DNA from: a virus
Taxonomy: Duplodnaviria; Caudoviricetes
DNA: 64,000 nucleotides
Virus record (IMG/VR): IMGVR_UViG_3300044693_000247
Span: 21,071-85,070 of that record
Strand: one strand, 5' to 3'
Shown here: positions 10,901 to 19,062 of the stretch, piece by piece
Numbering within the stretch: position 1 is the first letter of the stretch
Layout: each line of letters opens with the position of its first letter
Position numbers and translations under genes: made by a program
The notes under the pieces: generated by a model
Told to the model about the DNA's origin: nothing
Databases searched by the model: none
Seen by the model: the letters and a program-made list of their open reading frames with translations, nothing else

Positions 10901-11447
10901 GCTGCGCGAGGACGCCACCTGGGCGATCCCGGACGCGCTCCACGAGACCAGCGGCCCGACCGATCTCGTGCTCGGCGCGTGGGCCGACGGCCAGGTGCTC
11001 GCGCGCAGCGGGTCGACGGCGGTCGGCGCAGATCCGTCGTACGTCTGGACGCTGTCGTACTTCGCTGACGCGAACCACGCCTACGGGTCCGGCGACTGGT
11101 TCACCACCAACAGCCCGAACACCACCACGATCAACGCCGAGTATCCGGTGTTCGGTGTGTCGACGGCGACGCCGGCCATCCAGACGACGAAGGCGTTCAT
11201 CGCCTGGAACCTGATCGTCAACGGCCTATCCGGCTCACAGACGTTCACCGTGAGCCTGATGAAGAACAACGTCGCGACCGGCGTGCAGGCGGTGTTCAGC
11301 ACGTCGACCTCGGTGTCGTCGCGCTCGGCTGTCTTCTCGGTGACGGCGGCGGACGGCGACGTCTTCGGCCTTCAGGTCACGTCCAGCAACCTGGGCGGGA
11401 CTGCGGTGTCCATGGTGATCGCGATGACCGCGTTCTTCTATCGATGA
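7914..11447 (+). CDS. Large mosaic tail fibre/receptor-binding structural protein (1177 aa)
   Basis: Fibre-type modules (LTNLADPVASSDAATKAYVD; VDGIAL..GQRVLLTAQT.ASQNGIW; GGDLAGTYPNPTI; AGTGLSKSGNTLS) plus a central beta-rich segment. Confidence 0.75.
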   Translation: MERVVAKYDLDLGGAHHLLNLPAPGGPAEPARLQDLALTLGTGGTQLALGGVTAGQTLVLSGSTLVGAPLRITVDAINTGSGTKLSTFDATGLTDGTAAWTTSVRQAWDLVTTAAAVDHITVEAALNNPTRRWIRRKRVEPTWALEANFWVDPSNVSGVASDENVGTSSGTPLLTYRELGRRLYELTITQTTVTINAMSDVLSTSDVLFLEGLKCANSTGFVFVNVVGQTTTIASGLTVSAAHNMATLADHDHYEITIPGAVYTPWIQRYLLHRTNGTQGWAWAYKDLGSSNLHTSLPTTTAGTSLTTWAVGDSVDVLKLPRFSQITFVGCDPLVFGKVSTCQVIGGPIGNQHVDVQTFDRCLFNADVSSFVGFASENSDRLQLFNTCITGCAVSIAGQVTFWSVLIVGDGGQVGSGKAVQCISSDSLGGNTANTIMLGNCLFSVSHEAIYEKLQVLIYDWTNTITGASVSFDHLARGTISTIGGERNTAALLSVDTGSTVVNYGFDWSLWNSAITTYPTPYFVAGAVFTQADLGIGTNMLATHGCGIIWEIGQWSNDLSGTGINPSVVAIHESGGGRLPIGSIPVATPNQYLQWNGTAIVGVTGISPGGSAGGDLAGTYPNPTIAANAVTNAKFRQSAALSVVGNATNATANVADISTSSGSGAVLHESGGALVWGAIPETAVTNLVTDLAAKAVVTSSAPLDVGTSAVVGTATDAARSDHVHRLPFATLLSVLGAASSSIAFNTQRLTNLADPVASSDAATKAYVDAAVSGLTVKPSVLALSTSNIASLSGLATTVDGIALNTDGQRVLLTAQTTASQNGIWVVHSGAWTRPSDFATGSHAAGDFTFVEEGTVNGDNGWVCTSDPGSDVVDTNSLTWTQFSGAGQIIAGTGLSKSGNTLSLSNVGPGAGTIGSAGIASITLNAQGQVTAATTATYALQSIALTGSGAIKIAGDNLAHDLSANRTISLADFVASGASHAAGGVPDPGSTAGTHKMLREDATWAIPDALHETSGPTDLVLGAWADGQVLARSGSTAVGADPSYVWTLSYFADANHAYGSGDWFTTNSPNTTTINAEYPVFGVSTATPAIQTTKAFIAWNLIVNGLSGSQTFTVSLMKNNVATGVQAVFSTSTSVSSRSAVFSVTAADGDVFGLQVTSSNLGGTAVSMVIAMTAFFYR

Positions 11448-11499
11448 AATCGCCGCGCGCTTTTTGGGTGGCCCACCGAACGAGGCGAGCATCGACCCG

Positions 11500-12105
11500 A
11501 TGAGCGACACAGGAAAGCCGACGATCTGGGACGTGCCGGTAAGCCCGGCCGAGCGGTGGCAACTCGTGAACCTGGTGTTCCACCGCCAGGCGAACATCAA
11601 CACCAGTGGCGAGGGCAAGGAGGTGCGCAGGATGCTGCGGGCCTTCGGCCTCATGCCGATCCGGGACGCGCTGCGCGCGCACGCCAGCGGTGTGAATCCA
11701 GCGATGGCCGAGAACACGGCCCTCGCGCTCCATCACCTCACGATCGGCAACCTGGACGCGCTCGACAAGCTGATCGCGGGCGTGCCGCGGACGACGGGCA
11801 CCGAGGTGGATCTCGGCGAGTTCTTCGACCGCCTCGACGCCGCACGCGCGAACGAGCCCGATCCCGCCTGGGCCGCGCTCCCGAAGTACGACGAGGCCGC
11901 CGAGTCCTGGGCGCCCCCGCGGGAGCCCATGGACCAGCTCGTCTGCCCGAGCTGCCAACAGGCGTTCGACATCGGGGAGGCGCGGACGGCGGCGATCAAG
12001 GCGGCGTCCAAGCCGCAGGCGAGCGCGCCGACGCCAGTCCCTGCCCCGGCCGCCGACGCGGCAGAGGATCCGGTCTTCGTTTCCGAGGCCGCCGCCGGTG
12101 GCTAA
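11500..12105 (+). CDS. Hypothetical protein (possible fibre chaperone)
   Basis: ORF directly after fibre gene, GC-skewed codon usage. Confidence 0.6.
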   Translation: MSDTGKPTIWDVPVSPAERWQLVNLVFHRQANINTSGEGKEVRRMLRAFGLMPIRDALRAHASGVNPAMAENTALALHHLTIGNLDALDKLIAGVPRTTGTEVDLGEFFDRLDAARANEPDPAWAALPKYDEAAESWAPPREPMDQLVCPSCQQAFDIGEARTAAIKAASKPQASAPTPVPAPAADAAEDPVFVSEAAAGG

Positions 12106-12484
12106 GTCCACCTCCACGGACCTCCGCAAGTCCGAGCGCAAGCTCGCGCGTGCCGTCCAGAAGGCCGTCGACCGCATCACGGACCGCGCCAACGCCGTCG
12201 ACCAGGTGCTCAAGGCTGACGCCTTCCGCGAGCGCTTCCGCGACGCCATCGCCGGTCACGAGACGATCGTCGCGACCAGCGGACGAGACTCGATCGTCGG
12301 CATCGCCAGGGACGTGCTCCGACGCATGGGCGTCGACACCACGGACGTCGTGCTAGAGCTCGCGCCGCGTCCCGGATCGGGCCTGGCAACCGTCACGGCC
12401 ACGGTGCCCGCGAACCTGCACGCGCTGGCCAGGGAGATCGCGACCGGCCGACGACAGAACGGGGGGCGAGCCGTCGCGGCGTGA
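12098..12484 (+). CDS. Hypothetical protein
   Basis: Overlapping start, coupled operon. Confidence 0.55.
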   Translation: MAKSTSTDLRKSERKLARAVQKAVDRITDRANAVDQVLKADAFRERFRDAIAGHETIVATSGRDSIVGIARDVLRRMGVDTTDVVLELAPRPGSGLATVTATVPANLHALAREIATGRRQNGGRAVAA

Positions 12485-12487
12485 TGC

Positions 12488-12862
12488 ATGCCGGAGGAGC
12501 GCACCGAGAACAGCACTCTCTTCGACCTGTCGCCGAAGAAGAACATCCGCTTGCGGATCTCGCTCGGTGTGATGGTCGCGATCATCGTCGCCCTGTTCGA
12601 GGGCGGCCGGTTTCTGCTCGGACAGTACATCGAGCTTCGCGACGAGTGGCTGGCCCGCGTGCACCAGCTCGAGGCGCTCTTCCCGAAGGACGTACAGGGC
12701 CGCGCGTGGGAGGCGACCCACGGCGTTCCGGTCGGCGAGTGGCAGTTGAAGTGGCTCGAGGAGCGAGAGCAGAAGGCCCGGGAGGAATTGGAGGAGCGCT
12801 GCAAGGACTACGTGATCCAGTCCGAGCAGAGCGCGCGTATGGGTCGGCGGAAGAACCCGTGA
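12488..12862 (+). CDS. Single-TM membrane protein (possible holin-type)
   Basis: ISLGVMVAIIVALFEGGRFLL hydrophobic segment followed by coiled-coil-like tail. Confidence 0.55.
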   Translation: MPEERTENSTLFDLSPKKNIRLRISLGVMVAIIVALFEGGRFLLGQYIELRDEWLARVHQLEALFPKDVQGRAWEATHGVPVGEWQLKWLEEREQKAREELEERCKDYVIQSEQSARMGRRKNP

Positions 12863-12886
12863 TCGGCGGAACAGGAGACAGGAGAC

Positions 12887-13396
12887 GTGTCCGATGAGAA
12901 AAAGAATGGCCATGGAGATGGCAGCCGCAACGGCTACCGCGACGAGGGCGACGACGCGGTCCCGGAGCCGGCCGGCGGGATCATCATCCCCGGTCCCGAC
13001 ACCGCAGCCGATCGCGTCTCGCGTCTCCGCCGAGCACTGGACGTCGCTGACGGAATCGGTGAGCGACTTGAACGCCGCCTGCGACGAGGCGGCTTCGATC
13101 GCGGATCGATTCCTGACGTCGTAGAACTGGCGGACTACCTCGAGGGCGTGCTCCCGGAGCGGCTTGGCGCAACGGCAAGATGCCTGCGCCTCGTGGTGGG
13201 GCTGCACGAGGACTCGCCGACGCGCGCGCTCAGGGCGCTGGTCTCCGAGGCGCACAAGATCCGATCGAGCTGGCTCGAGCTGAGCACGCACGAGCGACCG
13301 CTGGCGGAGCCCGGGATCGCGGTGCGGCTGAGAGCGCTCGCGAGGCAGATCGAAGAAACAGCCGCGGAATTTGGGCGGCGACCCCAGGGGGCGTAG
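12887..13396 (+). CDS. Hypothetical helical protein
   Basis: RBS AGGAG upstream; helical sequence. Confidence 0.55.
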   Translation: MSDEKKNGHGDGSRNGYRDEGDDAVPEPAGGIIIPGPDTAADRVSRLRRALDVADGIGERLERRLRRGGFDRGSIPDVVELADYLEGVLPERLGATARCLRLVVGLHEDSPTRALRALVSEAHKIRSSWLELSTHERPLAEPGIAVRLRALARQIEETAAEFGRRPQGA

Positions 13397-13405
13397 CACA
13401 GAGGC

Positions 13406-13645
13406 ATGACGATCCGTCAACGACACATCGTCCTCGCGGTCCTCGGCGTGGCCGCTCTTTTGCTCGGCGAGCTGGCGAAGACGCCGCACTTCGCCTGGGC
13501 GGGAGGCGCACTGCTGCTGGTCACGGACCTGCGGCGCGTGCTGGCGGGGGCCGGAGCTGACGCACAGGTGGAGGCGAGCGAGAGGCCGACGCCGCCGAGC
13601 CCGCAGGCGGTGGAGCCGCCGCCCAGCGATCCACCGACGAAGTGA
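13406..13645 (+). CDS. Small two-TM membrane protein (possible holin)
   Basis: Two hydrophobic segments, Pro-rich tail. Confidence 0.5.
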   Translation: MTIRQRHIVLAVLGVAALLLGELAKTPHFAWAGGALLLVTDLRRVLAGAGADAQVEASERPTPPSPQAVEPPPSDPPTK

Positions 13646-13652
13646 CCGCCGC

Positions 13653-13973
13653 ATGAAGCTGACAGACCTCGACCCGCGGTTCGAGAACGCCGTCGCCAGC
13701 CGCCCCAGCCGGTGCGGCGTCACGCTCTCGTTCGCCTGCCCGTGCGCGACGTGCGCGCCGAAGGCCCTGCGTGAGCGCTACCGGATCGAACTGTCGCTGT
13801 CCAACCCGCTCGATGGAGGTGAACCCTACGCCGGCCAGGGCCTCGAGGGGCGCTTCTGGACGCGAGAGGGGAACGGAAGCGACCTCGCGACGCTGACGAT
13901 CGCGGAGGCGATCGACTTCTCGCTGGAGGGGCACTGGGCCGGGAGGGTGACAGGCGGAGAGGTGGTCGGCTGA
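13653..13973 (+). CDS. DUF6527-like protein
   Basis: SFACPC...W.REG...LTI...I....HW.G.V..G pattern. Confidence 0.55.
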   Translation: MKLTDLDPRFENAVASRPSRCGVTLSFACPCATCAPKALRERYRIELSLSNPLDGGEPYAGQGLEGRFWTREGNGSDLATLTIAEAIDFSLEGHWAGRVTGGEVVG

Positions 13974-14413
13974 TGGGCGTCGGCATGCCCGCGTCGCTGT
14001 TCCTCAACGAGTTCGGTTCGCTCGTCTACCACGCCTTCGGCGAGTACCCGTACCACGTCGGGTCCTCGGTCGAGTCCAAGATCTGGCGCGATGTCGACGT
14101 GCGCTTGATGCTCGCCGACGACGTCTACGCGGCGATGGGGCTCGGCGATCCGAAGGAGCCGCACCGCAACCCGCGCTGGATGGCGATGTGCGCGGCATTC
14201 TCGGCGCTGGGAAAGCAGATGACGGGCCTGCCGATTGACTTCCAGATCCAGGCGATCAGCGAGGCCAACGCGCAGTTCAGCTCGAAGGACGGGTGCGTTC
14301 GGTCGTGCCTGGGGATCGTCGGGCTGCCGATGTTCACGATGCCGGAGCCGACCGAGAGGGGGCTTGCAGGCGACCAGGTCATGCGGGATGCCGAGAAGGA
14401 GCGCGGCGTTTGA
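13973..14413 (+). CDS. Minimal nucleotidyltransferase-like protein
   Basis: YHVGSS.....WRDVDVRLML.D resembles the GS...DxD pol-beta motif; later LPIDFQIQ supplies a third Asp. Confidence 0.55.
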   Translation: MGVGMPASLFLNEFGSLVYHAFGEYPYHVGSSVESKIWRDVDVRLMLADDVYAAMGLGDPKEPHRNPRWMAMCAAFSALGKQMTGLPIDFQIQAISEANAQFSSKDGCVRSCLGIVGLPMFTMPEPTERGLAGDQVMRDAEKERGV

Positions 14414-14543
14414 AGCGCTGGACCAACGACTACGGCGACATCCCGCGCTGGTACTGGCGCATACGCCCGACGTGTCTGTCCGCCGGAGAGGAGCGTAGGA
14501 GGAGACGCGCGCGGGCTGCGGTCGCGATGGCGCGGGCCGTGGC

Positions 14544-15044
14544 GTGCTTCTGATGCCGGTGATCGCAGCCTTCGACCCGGGCTCCGTCAAGGCCGGCTAC
14601 GGGGTCATCCGCGCTGATGGCGAGCTGCTGACCTACCTCGAGTGCGGCGTGATCATGGCGCCGGCGGGCTGGGACAAGTATCGGCGCCTGGCCGAGATCG
14701 CTCGCGGCGCCGAGGAGGTGCTCGACGACTTCGCCGCTGACGTCGTCGCGATCGAGGCTGGGTTCGTCCGCTCCCAGATGGGCGCCATCACGCTGGGCGC
14801 CGCGCGAGGTGCGATCGGTGTCGTGGCCGCGCGCCGCGGGATCGCCGTGGTCGAGTACGCGCCGGCGACCGTGAAGCTCGCAGCGGCCGGAAGCGGACGA
14901 GCCGAGAAGGAGCAGGTAGCGCGGATGGTGCGCGCGCGACTGCGGCTGCAGCACGAGCCGGAGCCGGACGCCGCCGATGCGCTGGCGATCGCGATCTGCC
15001 ACGCCCACCACATGGTCGCGTCGAGGAGGGCGCGAGCCGCATGA
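14544..15044 (+). CDS. ruvC: Holliday junction resolvase RuvC
   Basis: IAAFDPG...GYGV, VAIEAGF, EYAP.TVKLAAAGSGRAEKEQV, DAADALAIAICH. Confidence 0.95.
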   Translation: MLLMPVIAAFDPGSVKAGYGVIRADGELLTYLECGVIMAPAGWDKYRRLAEIARGAEEVLDDFAADVVAIEAGFVRSQMGAITLGAARGAIGVVAARRGIAVVEYAPATVKLAAAGSGRAEKEQVARMVRARLRLQHEPEPDAADALAIAICHAHHMVASRRARAA

Positions 15045-15379
15045 CCGATCTCCAACCCGCGCCCGACGGCCGCCACTACATCGACGGCAAGACCGGCCCG
15101 CTCCCCGTCGGTTGCATCGAGCACGACGACGGCACCATCGATGCCGGCCCGTGCCGCAAGTGTGGCGAGCCCACGCTGTCTATCGTCACGCTCGAGCACG
15201 ATGGCCAGGTAATAGCCTCGGCGTTCATGTGCCGGCCCTGCCGCGGCCAGGATGACGACGAGCTGGGGTGGTGGCGTCGGCAGTTCGAGGCGCTTCTGCG
15301 CCGCGGCTGGACGCGCGAGGCGGCGAACGCGGAGATCATCCGGCGCATGGAAGCGGTCGAGGCCGGGCGGTCCGCATGA
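15041..15379 (+). CDS. Hypothetical Zn-finger protein
   Basis: CRKC...CRPC; ATGA overlap. Confidence 0.6.
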   Translation: MTDLQPAPDGRHYIDGKTGPLPVGCIEHDDGTIDAGPCRKCGEPTLSIVTLEHDGQVIASAFMCRPCRGQDDDELGWWRRQFEALLRRGWTREAANAEIIRRMEAVEAGRSA

Positions 15380-15744
15380 TCATCGCCTTATTCGAGTGCG
15401 CCGCCCACGGCTGCCCTGCCCGTTCGCCCAGTGTCGATTCGTCGTCCGGAGCGCTTGCCCGCGCGCGCCTTGAGGCGGTTGCCGTCGGGTGGCGCCTGAC
15501 CCCGCAGCGGGCCTTCTGCCCGAAGCACGCCCATCTGGCGATCGTCGAGCTGGACCAGCGGGCGCAGGTGCTCTCACGGCTTGGTGCCGTGCACTGGTTC
15601 GAGGATCACTGGGTGCACGCCTCCACGTGCGTTTGCCGTCCCGACGCCGCCGATCCTCGCTGCGACGTGGGCGAGGCGCTCTCCAGGCTGGCGCGGGCGG
15701 CGAGGGAAGATCGGCTGGAACCCGAGCACCGACGCTGGATCTGA
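15376..15744 (+). CDS. Hypothetical Zn-finger protein
   Basis: C..HGC...GW...FCPKH motif. Confidence 0.55.
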   Translation: MIIALFECAAHGCPARSPSVDSSSGALARARLEAVAVGWRLTPQRAFCPKHAHLAIVELDQRAQVLSRLGAVHWFEDHWVHASTCVCRPDAADPRCDVGEALSRLARAAREDRLEPEHRRWI

Positions 15745-15791
15745 CCCCTGGCGCGCCGCGCCAGAATCGACATGCCCAGGTGCTTTGATGC

Positions 15792-15821
15792 TTGTCAGTG
15801 ATATCAATTAGTGATATCAAT
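15792..15821 (+). promoter_or_regulatory. Promoter with tandem AGTGATATCAAT operator repeats
   Basis: TTGTCA-17-TATCAA; 12-mer repeated at 15797 and 15810 (13-bp period). Confidence 0.65.
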
Positions 15822-15827
15822 CTAGAC

Positions 15828-16112
15828 ATGACGAACGCCGAGCGTGCCGATCTCATCAAGTACCTCGAGGAGGCCGCGAACGCCGCCGCCCGCGACAGCC
15901 GCGAGGCTGGCTGCACTCCCGAGCAGGCGTGCGAGAACGCCGTCGAGGCAGTCAACGACTACGGCGCCAAGTGCCACCCTGGCCTGGCGATCCGCTGGGA
16001 CGTCTTCGAGCTGCGGATCGTGGGGCTGGATGACGCCGAGGACGAGCCGACCGTCGAGGTGCCGGCGGTGTCCATGGCGGAGTTGGTGTTCGGACGGAAG
16101 GAGGCCGCGTGA
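15828..16112 (+). CDS. Hypothetical protein (probably leaderless mRNA)
   Basis: ATG 7 nt after the -10 element, no RBS. Confidence 0.6.
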   Translation: MTNAERADLIKYLEEAANAAARDSREAGCTPEQACENAVEAVNDYGAKCHPGLAIRWDVFELRIVGLDDAEDEPTVEVPAVSMAELVFGRKEAA

Positions 16113-16693
16113 TGTCCGCTTCGAAGATCACCACCTGGGGCCGGTCCAGCGGCGGCGGCGCCGATCGTCGCGCGTCTAGCTTCTGGGTGGGCGAGGTCGG
16201 CTGCGGTCTGCAAGTCACGGTCGCGCCGGGCGTGGAGGAGACCACGGAAAGCGCGCTGGCGCTCGCGGCCGAACTGGCCGCGCTGGTGGCAGAGCGCAAC
16301 CCGGAGCCGGCCGCCGATGATGCCGCCGATCTGTCCGTGGCGATCGAAAGTGCCGCGCGCACCATCTTCGCCCGTGCCGCTGTCCTTGGTGGCCGCTGCT
16401 CGGCAGGCGCGTGGACGCCTGCTGTCGCCGATGGCTTTGAATGGGCCGTTCTCGACCTTCGAGGCGCTCCGCTCGTGCTGGCCCACGACGTCTACGAGGT
16501 CGCGCGCATGTTCGCGATCTACGAGGCGTACGGCATCCCGGAGGACCTCGACATGCCGATCCGGGTGCCGTCGGATGCTGACCAGGTGGCAGAGCGCCGG
16601 TACGAGAACTGGTGCACGGACTACCGGTTCGCGCCGTGGGGCGATCCGAGGTTCGAGCCGCCGGCGCCCGGCTCGAACGGAGGCCGGACGTGA
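16109..16693 (+). CDS. Hypothetical protein
   Basis: Coupled ORF, GC3-rich. Confidence 0.55.
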   Translation: MMSASKITTWGRSSGGGADRRASSFWVGEVGCGLQVTVAPGVEETTESALALAAELAALVAERNPEPAADDAADLSVAIESAARTIFARAAVLGGRCSAGAWTPAVADGFEWAVLDLRGAPLVLAHDVYEVARMFAIYEAYGIPEDLDMPIRVPSDADQVAERRYENWCTDYRFAPWGDPRFEPPAPGSNGGRT

Positions 16694-17517
16694 GAGACGC
16701 CGGCTCGACCGAGGTATCCGAGCGTCTCCCGATTCATGAGCTCGTGGCCGTTTACCAGAAGGCCGAGGCCGACATCTGCGCCGCCTTCGGACTGATCGAT
16801 GGCGCCCTCGGACGTCTAAATGTCGCCCTGGCTGGCAATCTGGATTTCGGCCTCAAGTCGCGTCTCGACACGAGGGACCGTTACTCGTGGGACGATCCGA
16901 CCGATACGCTCGCGGAGCTTCGCCGCGACGTCTGGGGCCGCCTCCTCGAGCGCATGCAGGTCCGCAAGATGATGAGCGTGCAGGCATGGAAGGATCTGCA
17001 GGATCGCCTCAAGCACGACAATCCGCCAGAGATCACGACCGAGAACGTCGAGTCGTTGGTGGCGCAGTTCCAGGAGGAGGCTCCCGCGATGCTCAAACAG
17101 GCCGTGCTCGAGGTCTTCGAGTGGCTCCGTCCGCCCGGCAGCAAGTACAAGCGCAACAGCGAGTTCGAGATCGGAGAGCGGGTGGTGATCCGATGGATGA
17201 TCGAAGATCCCGCGTTCTGTTCCCACTGGCGCGTGAACTACAACTACGAGCAGGAACTGATCGCGCTGGAGAACGTCTTCCGAATGCTGGACGGTAAGCT
17301 TCGCCGGGATGGTGACGGCTACTACAGCGATGTGTCCACGGCGGTCAAGGCGATCCCGATCGGACAGCCCTGCGCCGGCGTCACCGAATACATCGAGTTC
17401 CGCGGCTTCCGCAACCGCAACCTGCACATGAGGTTTCTCCGCATGGACCTGGTCGCCAAGCTCAACGCCATCGCGGGCGGCGCGCGGCTCAAGCCGGTCG
17501 AGGCGGACGCACGTTGA
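16690..17517 (+). CDS. DUF4942 domain protein
   Basis: W..LL....VRKMMS..., EITTENV, EVFEWLRP...YKRNSEFEIGERVV, LIALENVFRMLDGK, EFRGFRNRNLHMRF.R.DLV.KLN. Confidence 0.8.
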   Translation: MRDAGSTEVSERLPIHELVAVYQKAEADICAAFGLIDGALGRLNVALAGNLDFGLKSRLDTRDRYSWDDPTDTLAELRRDVWGRLLERMQVRKMMSVQAWKDLQDRLKHDNPPEITTENVESLVAQFQEEAPAMLKQAVLEVFEWLRPPGSKYKRNSEFEIGERVVIRWMIEDPAFCSHWRVNYNYEQELIALENVFRMLDGKLRRDGDGYYSDVSTAVKAIPIGQPCAGVTEYIEFRGFRNRNLHMRFLRMDLVAKLNAIAGGARLKPVEADAR

Positions 17518-17554
17518 CCGCCCGCCGCCCGTCCTGATATGCGTATCTGATATG
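17514..17554 (+). promoter_or_regulatory. Promoter with tandem CTGATATG operator repeats
   Basis: TTGACC at 17514; CTGATATG at 17534 and 17547 (13-bp period), the second overlapping the ATG. Confidence 0.6.
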
Positions 17555-17752
17555 GGCTACTCCGAGGACCCGAAGACCAGGCGCCTGCCGCCGATCGCTC
17601 TCACCGAGGTGCAGCACGAGCAGATCCGGAAGCTGGCCGAGCGGTTCAACATGCCGGTCGCGAGCTACGTGCGGGCCCGGGCGTTGGGGAAACTGCATGA
17701 GGCGTGCGTGGATGAATCGGCGCCGTCTTCGCGTCGCGCGCGCAAGAAGTGA
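17552..17752 (+). CDS. Ribbon-helix-helix (MobC/CopG-like) DNA-binding protein
   Basis: PIALTEVQHEQIRKLAERFNMPVASYVRARAL. Confidence 0.8.
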   Translation: MGYSEDPKTRRLPPIALTEVQHEQIRKLAERFNMPVASYVRARALGKLHEACVDESAPSSRRARKK

Positions 17753-17759
17753 CCAATCC

Positions 17760-18221
17760 TCACTCCACCGGCGCCCTCACCCGGACCCCGCCCGGCCCCC
17801 ACACCTTCAGCCGCTCGGGCCGGTCCGGGTTCTGGCTGCAGTAGAACCACCAGCGGCCGTCTGGCAGCTCCGGCGACCGGTAGCAGTGGGCCTTCCCCTC
17901 GCGTGCGATCTCGACCGCCGTCACCCTCAGCATCGCCGCCAGCGTTGGGGCGTGCTCGCCTCCGAGGAGGACCTCGCCACCGCACCACGGACAGCGGAGG
18001 TGCGGGGCGGTCGTGGGCTCAGTGATGGGCTCCGGGGCCTCGAGCGCGCGTAGGGGAGCGGCAGGAGCGATCGGAGGCGTCGGTGGCTCGGCCGGGCCCG
18101 AGGGCTCGTCGGCTACGAGGTCAACGTCGAACGTGAGATCGTCGAGCAGCTCCGGCGGCGGCTCGCGCACCTCGGTGGCCGGCTCGTCGGCGAACTCGTC
18201 TGCGGGGTCGCGGTCGGTCAT
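17760..18221 (-). CDS. Hypothetical protein (acidic Pro-rich N-terminus, CPWCG Zn-finger)
   Basis: ATG at 18221 in ORF 17760..18428. Confidence 0.55.
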   Translation of the reverse strand: MTDRDPADEFADEPATEVREPPPELLDDLTFDVDLVADEPSGPAEPPTPPIAPAAPLRALEAPEPITEPTTAPHLRCPWCGGEVLLGGEHAPTLAAMLRVTAVEIAREGKAHCYRSPELPDGRWWFYCSQNPDRPERLKVWGPGGVRVRAPVE

Positions 18222-18299
18222 GGTAGTCTCATGCACAAGTCCCAAGCGCGTCCGCGATTGCGGAAGGGCACCCCGGGCCAACCGGGGCAACTGCGCCAG

Positions 18300-18329
18300 G
18301 CCCCGGCGGTTATCCTCCGGGGCTTTTTT
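18300..18329 (+). terminator. Rho-independent terminator
   Basis: GCCCCGG-10 nt-CCGGGGC followed by T6. Confidence 0.75.
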
Positions 18330-18504
18330 CGTGCGCCTCCGCTGGCGGTATCTCACCCCGCGCCCCGAACGCCTCTTCGTGCCGCAGGCGTGCGTCCTCG
18401 GTCTGCTCAGCGACCTGGGCAGGGGCATCGGGCGCCACCGGTGCCCGGCCGCCGAAGTCGGGCTCGGCGCGGGCGAGCAGCGCGCAGAGGAGCGCAGCGA
18501 TCAC
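18310..18504 (-). CDS. Small secreted hypothetical protein
   Basis: Signal-like MIAALLCALLARA; overlaps stop of CHAP gene. Confidence 0.4.
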   Translation of the reverse strand: MIAALLCALLARAEPDFGGRAPVAPDAPAQVAEQTEDARLRHEEAFGARGEIPPAEAHEKSPGG

Positions 18505-19013
18505 GCGACACCGGGCGGCGGCTGGGCGGCGCGGTCCATCACGAGGTAGCCGAGGAGCACGCCCCCGTGCGTCTTCTCCGGCTGGCCGCTGTGCCTGGCG
18601 ACGCAGTTCCCTTCACGGCCGCCGTGGTCGTTGAAGGTGTTCCCGCTGATCTCGGTCCCGACGTTGCCTAGGCCGTCCAGGCTCTCGACGATCCCGACGT
18701 GGCCGGTGCTCTCCGAGTGCTTGAGCACGTAGATCGCACCCACGGTTGGATTGCTGTCACGGCAGATGGGCTCGGTCAGCGACCAGAGCTTCAACGTCGA
18801 TCCGGTGCGCGGGAGAGGGTTGACCAGCGTCAGGCGCTTCGCCGCCTCGTCGAACACCGTCCACAGGAACGCGGCACACCACGCCTCGCCCGGCGGCAGG
18901 CGCACGTTCGCCAGGAAGCGGTCGACGTCTGGGCCGCGGTTCTGGCCGCCCTGCTCGTGAACGCCGAGGTACGAGACCGCGATCTCGAGCGCGACTTCGG
19001 TCAGCGTGGGCAT
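18501..19013 (-). CDS. CHAP-domain peptidoglycan hydrolase (endolysin candidate)
   Basis: A.SYLGVHEQGGQNRG..V..F; AWCAAF catalytic Cys; GHVGIVE catalytic His; ISGNT. Confidence 0.9.
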   Translation of the reverse strand: MPTLTEVALEIAVSYLGVHEQGGQNRGPDVDRFLANVRLPPGEAWCAAFLWTVFDEAAKRLTLVNPLPRTGSTLKLWSLTEPICRDSNPTVGAIYVLKHSESTGHVGIVESLDGLGNVGTEISGNTFNDHGGREGNCVARHSGQPEKTHGGVLLGYLVMDRAAQPPPGVA

Positions 19014-19062
19014 GCGCGCAGCGTCGCACGAGGATGCGCGCGCCCAAGTTCCGCGGGGCGTT

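Noticed and set aside
5513-11447. Diversity-generating retroelement targeting the fibre genes
   Set aside because: No reverse transcriptase and no TR/VR adenine-variant repeat pair was seen
11447-11470. Terminator after the fibre gene (GCGCGC followed by T5)
   Set aside because: No convincing stem precedes the T-run
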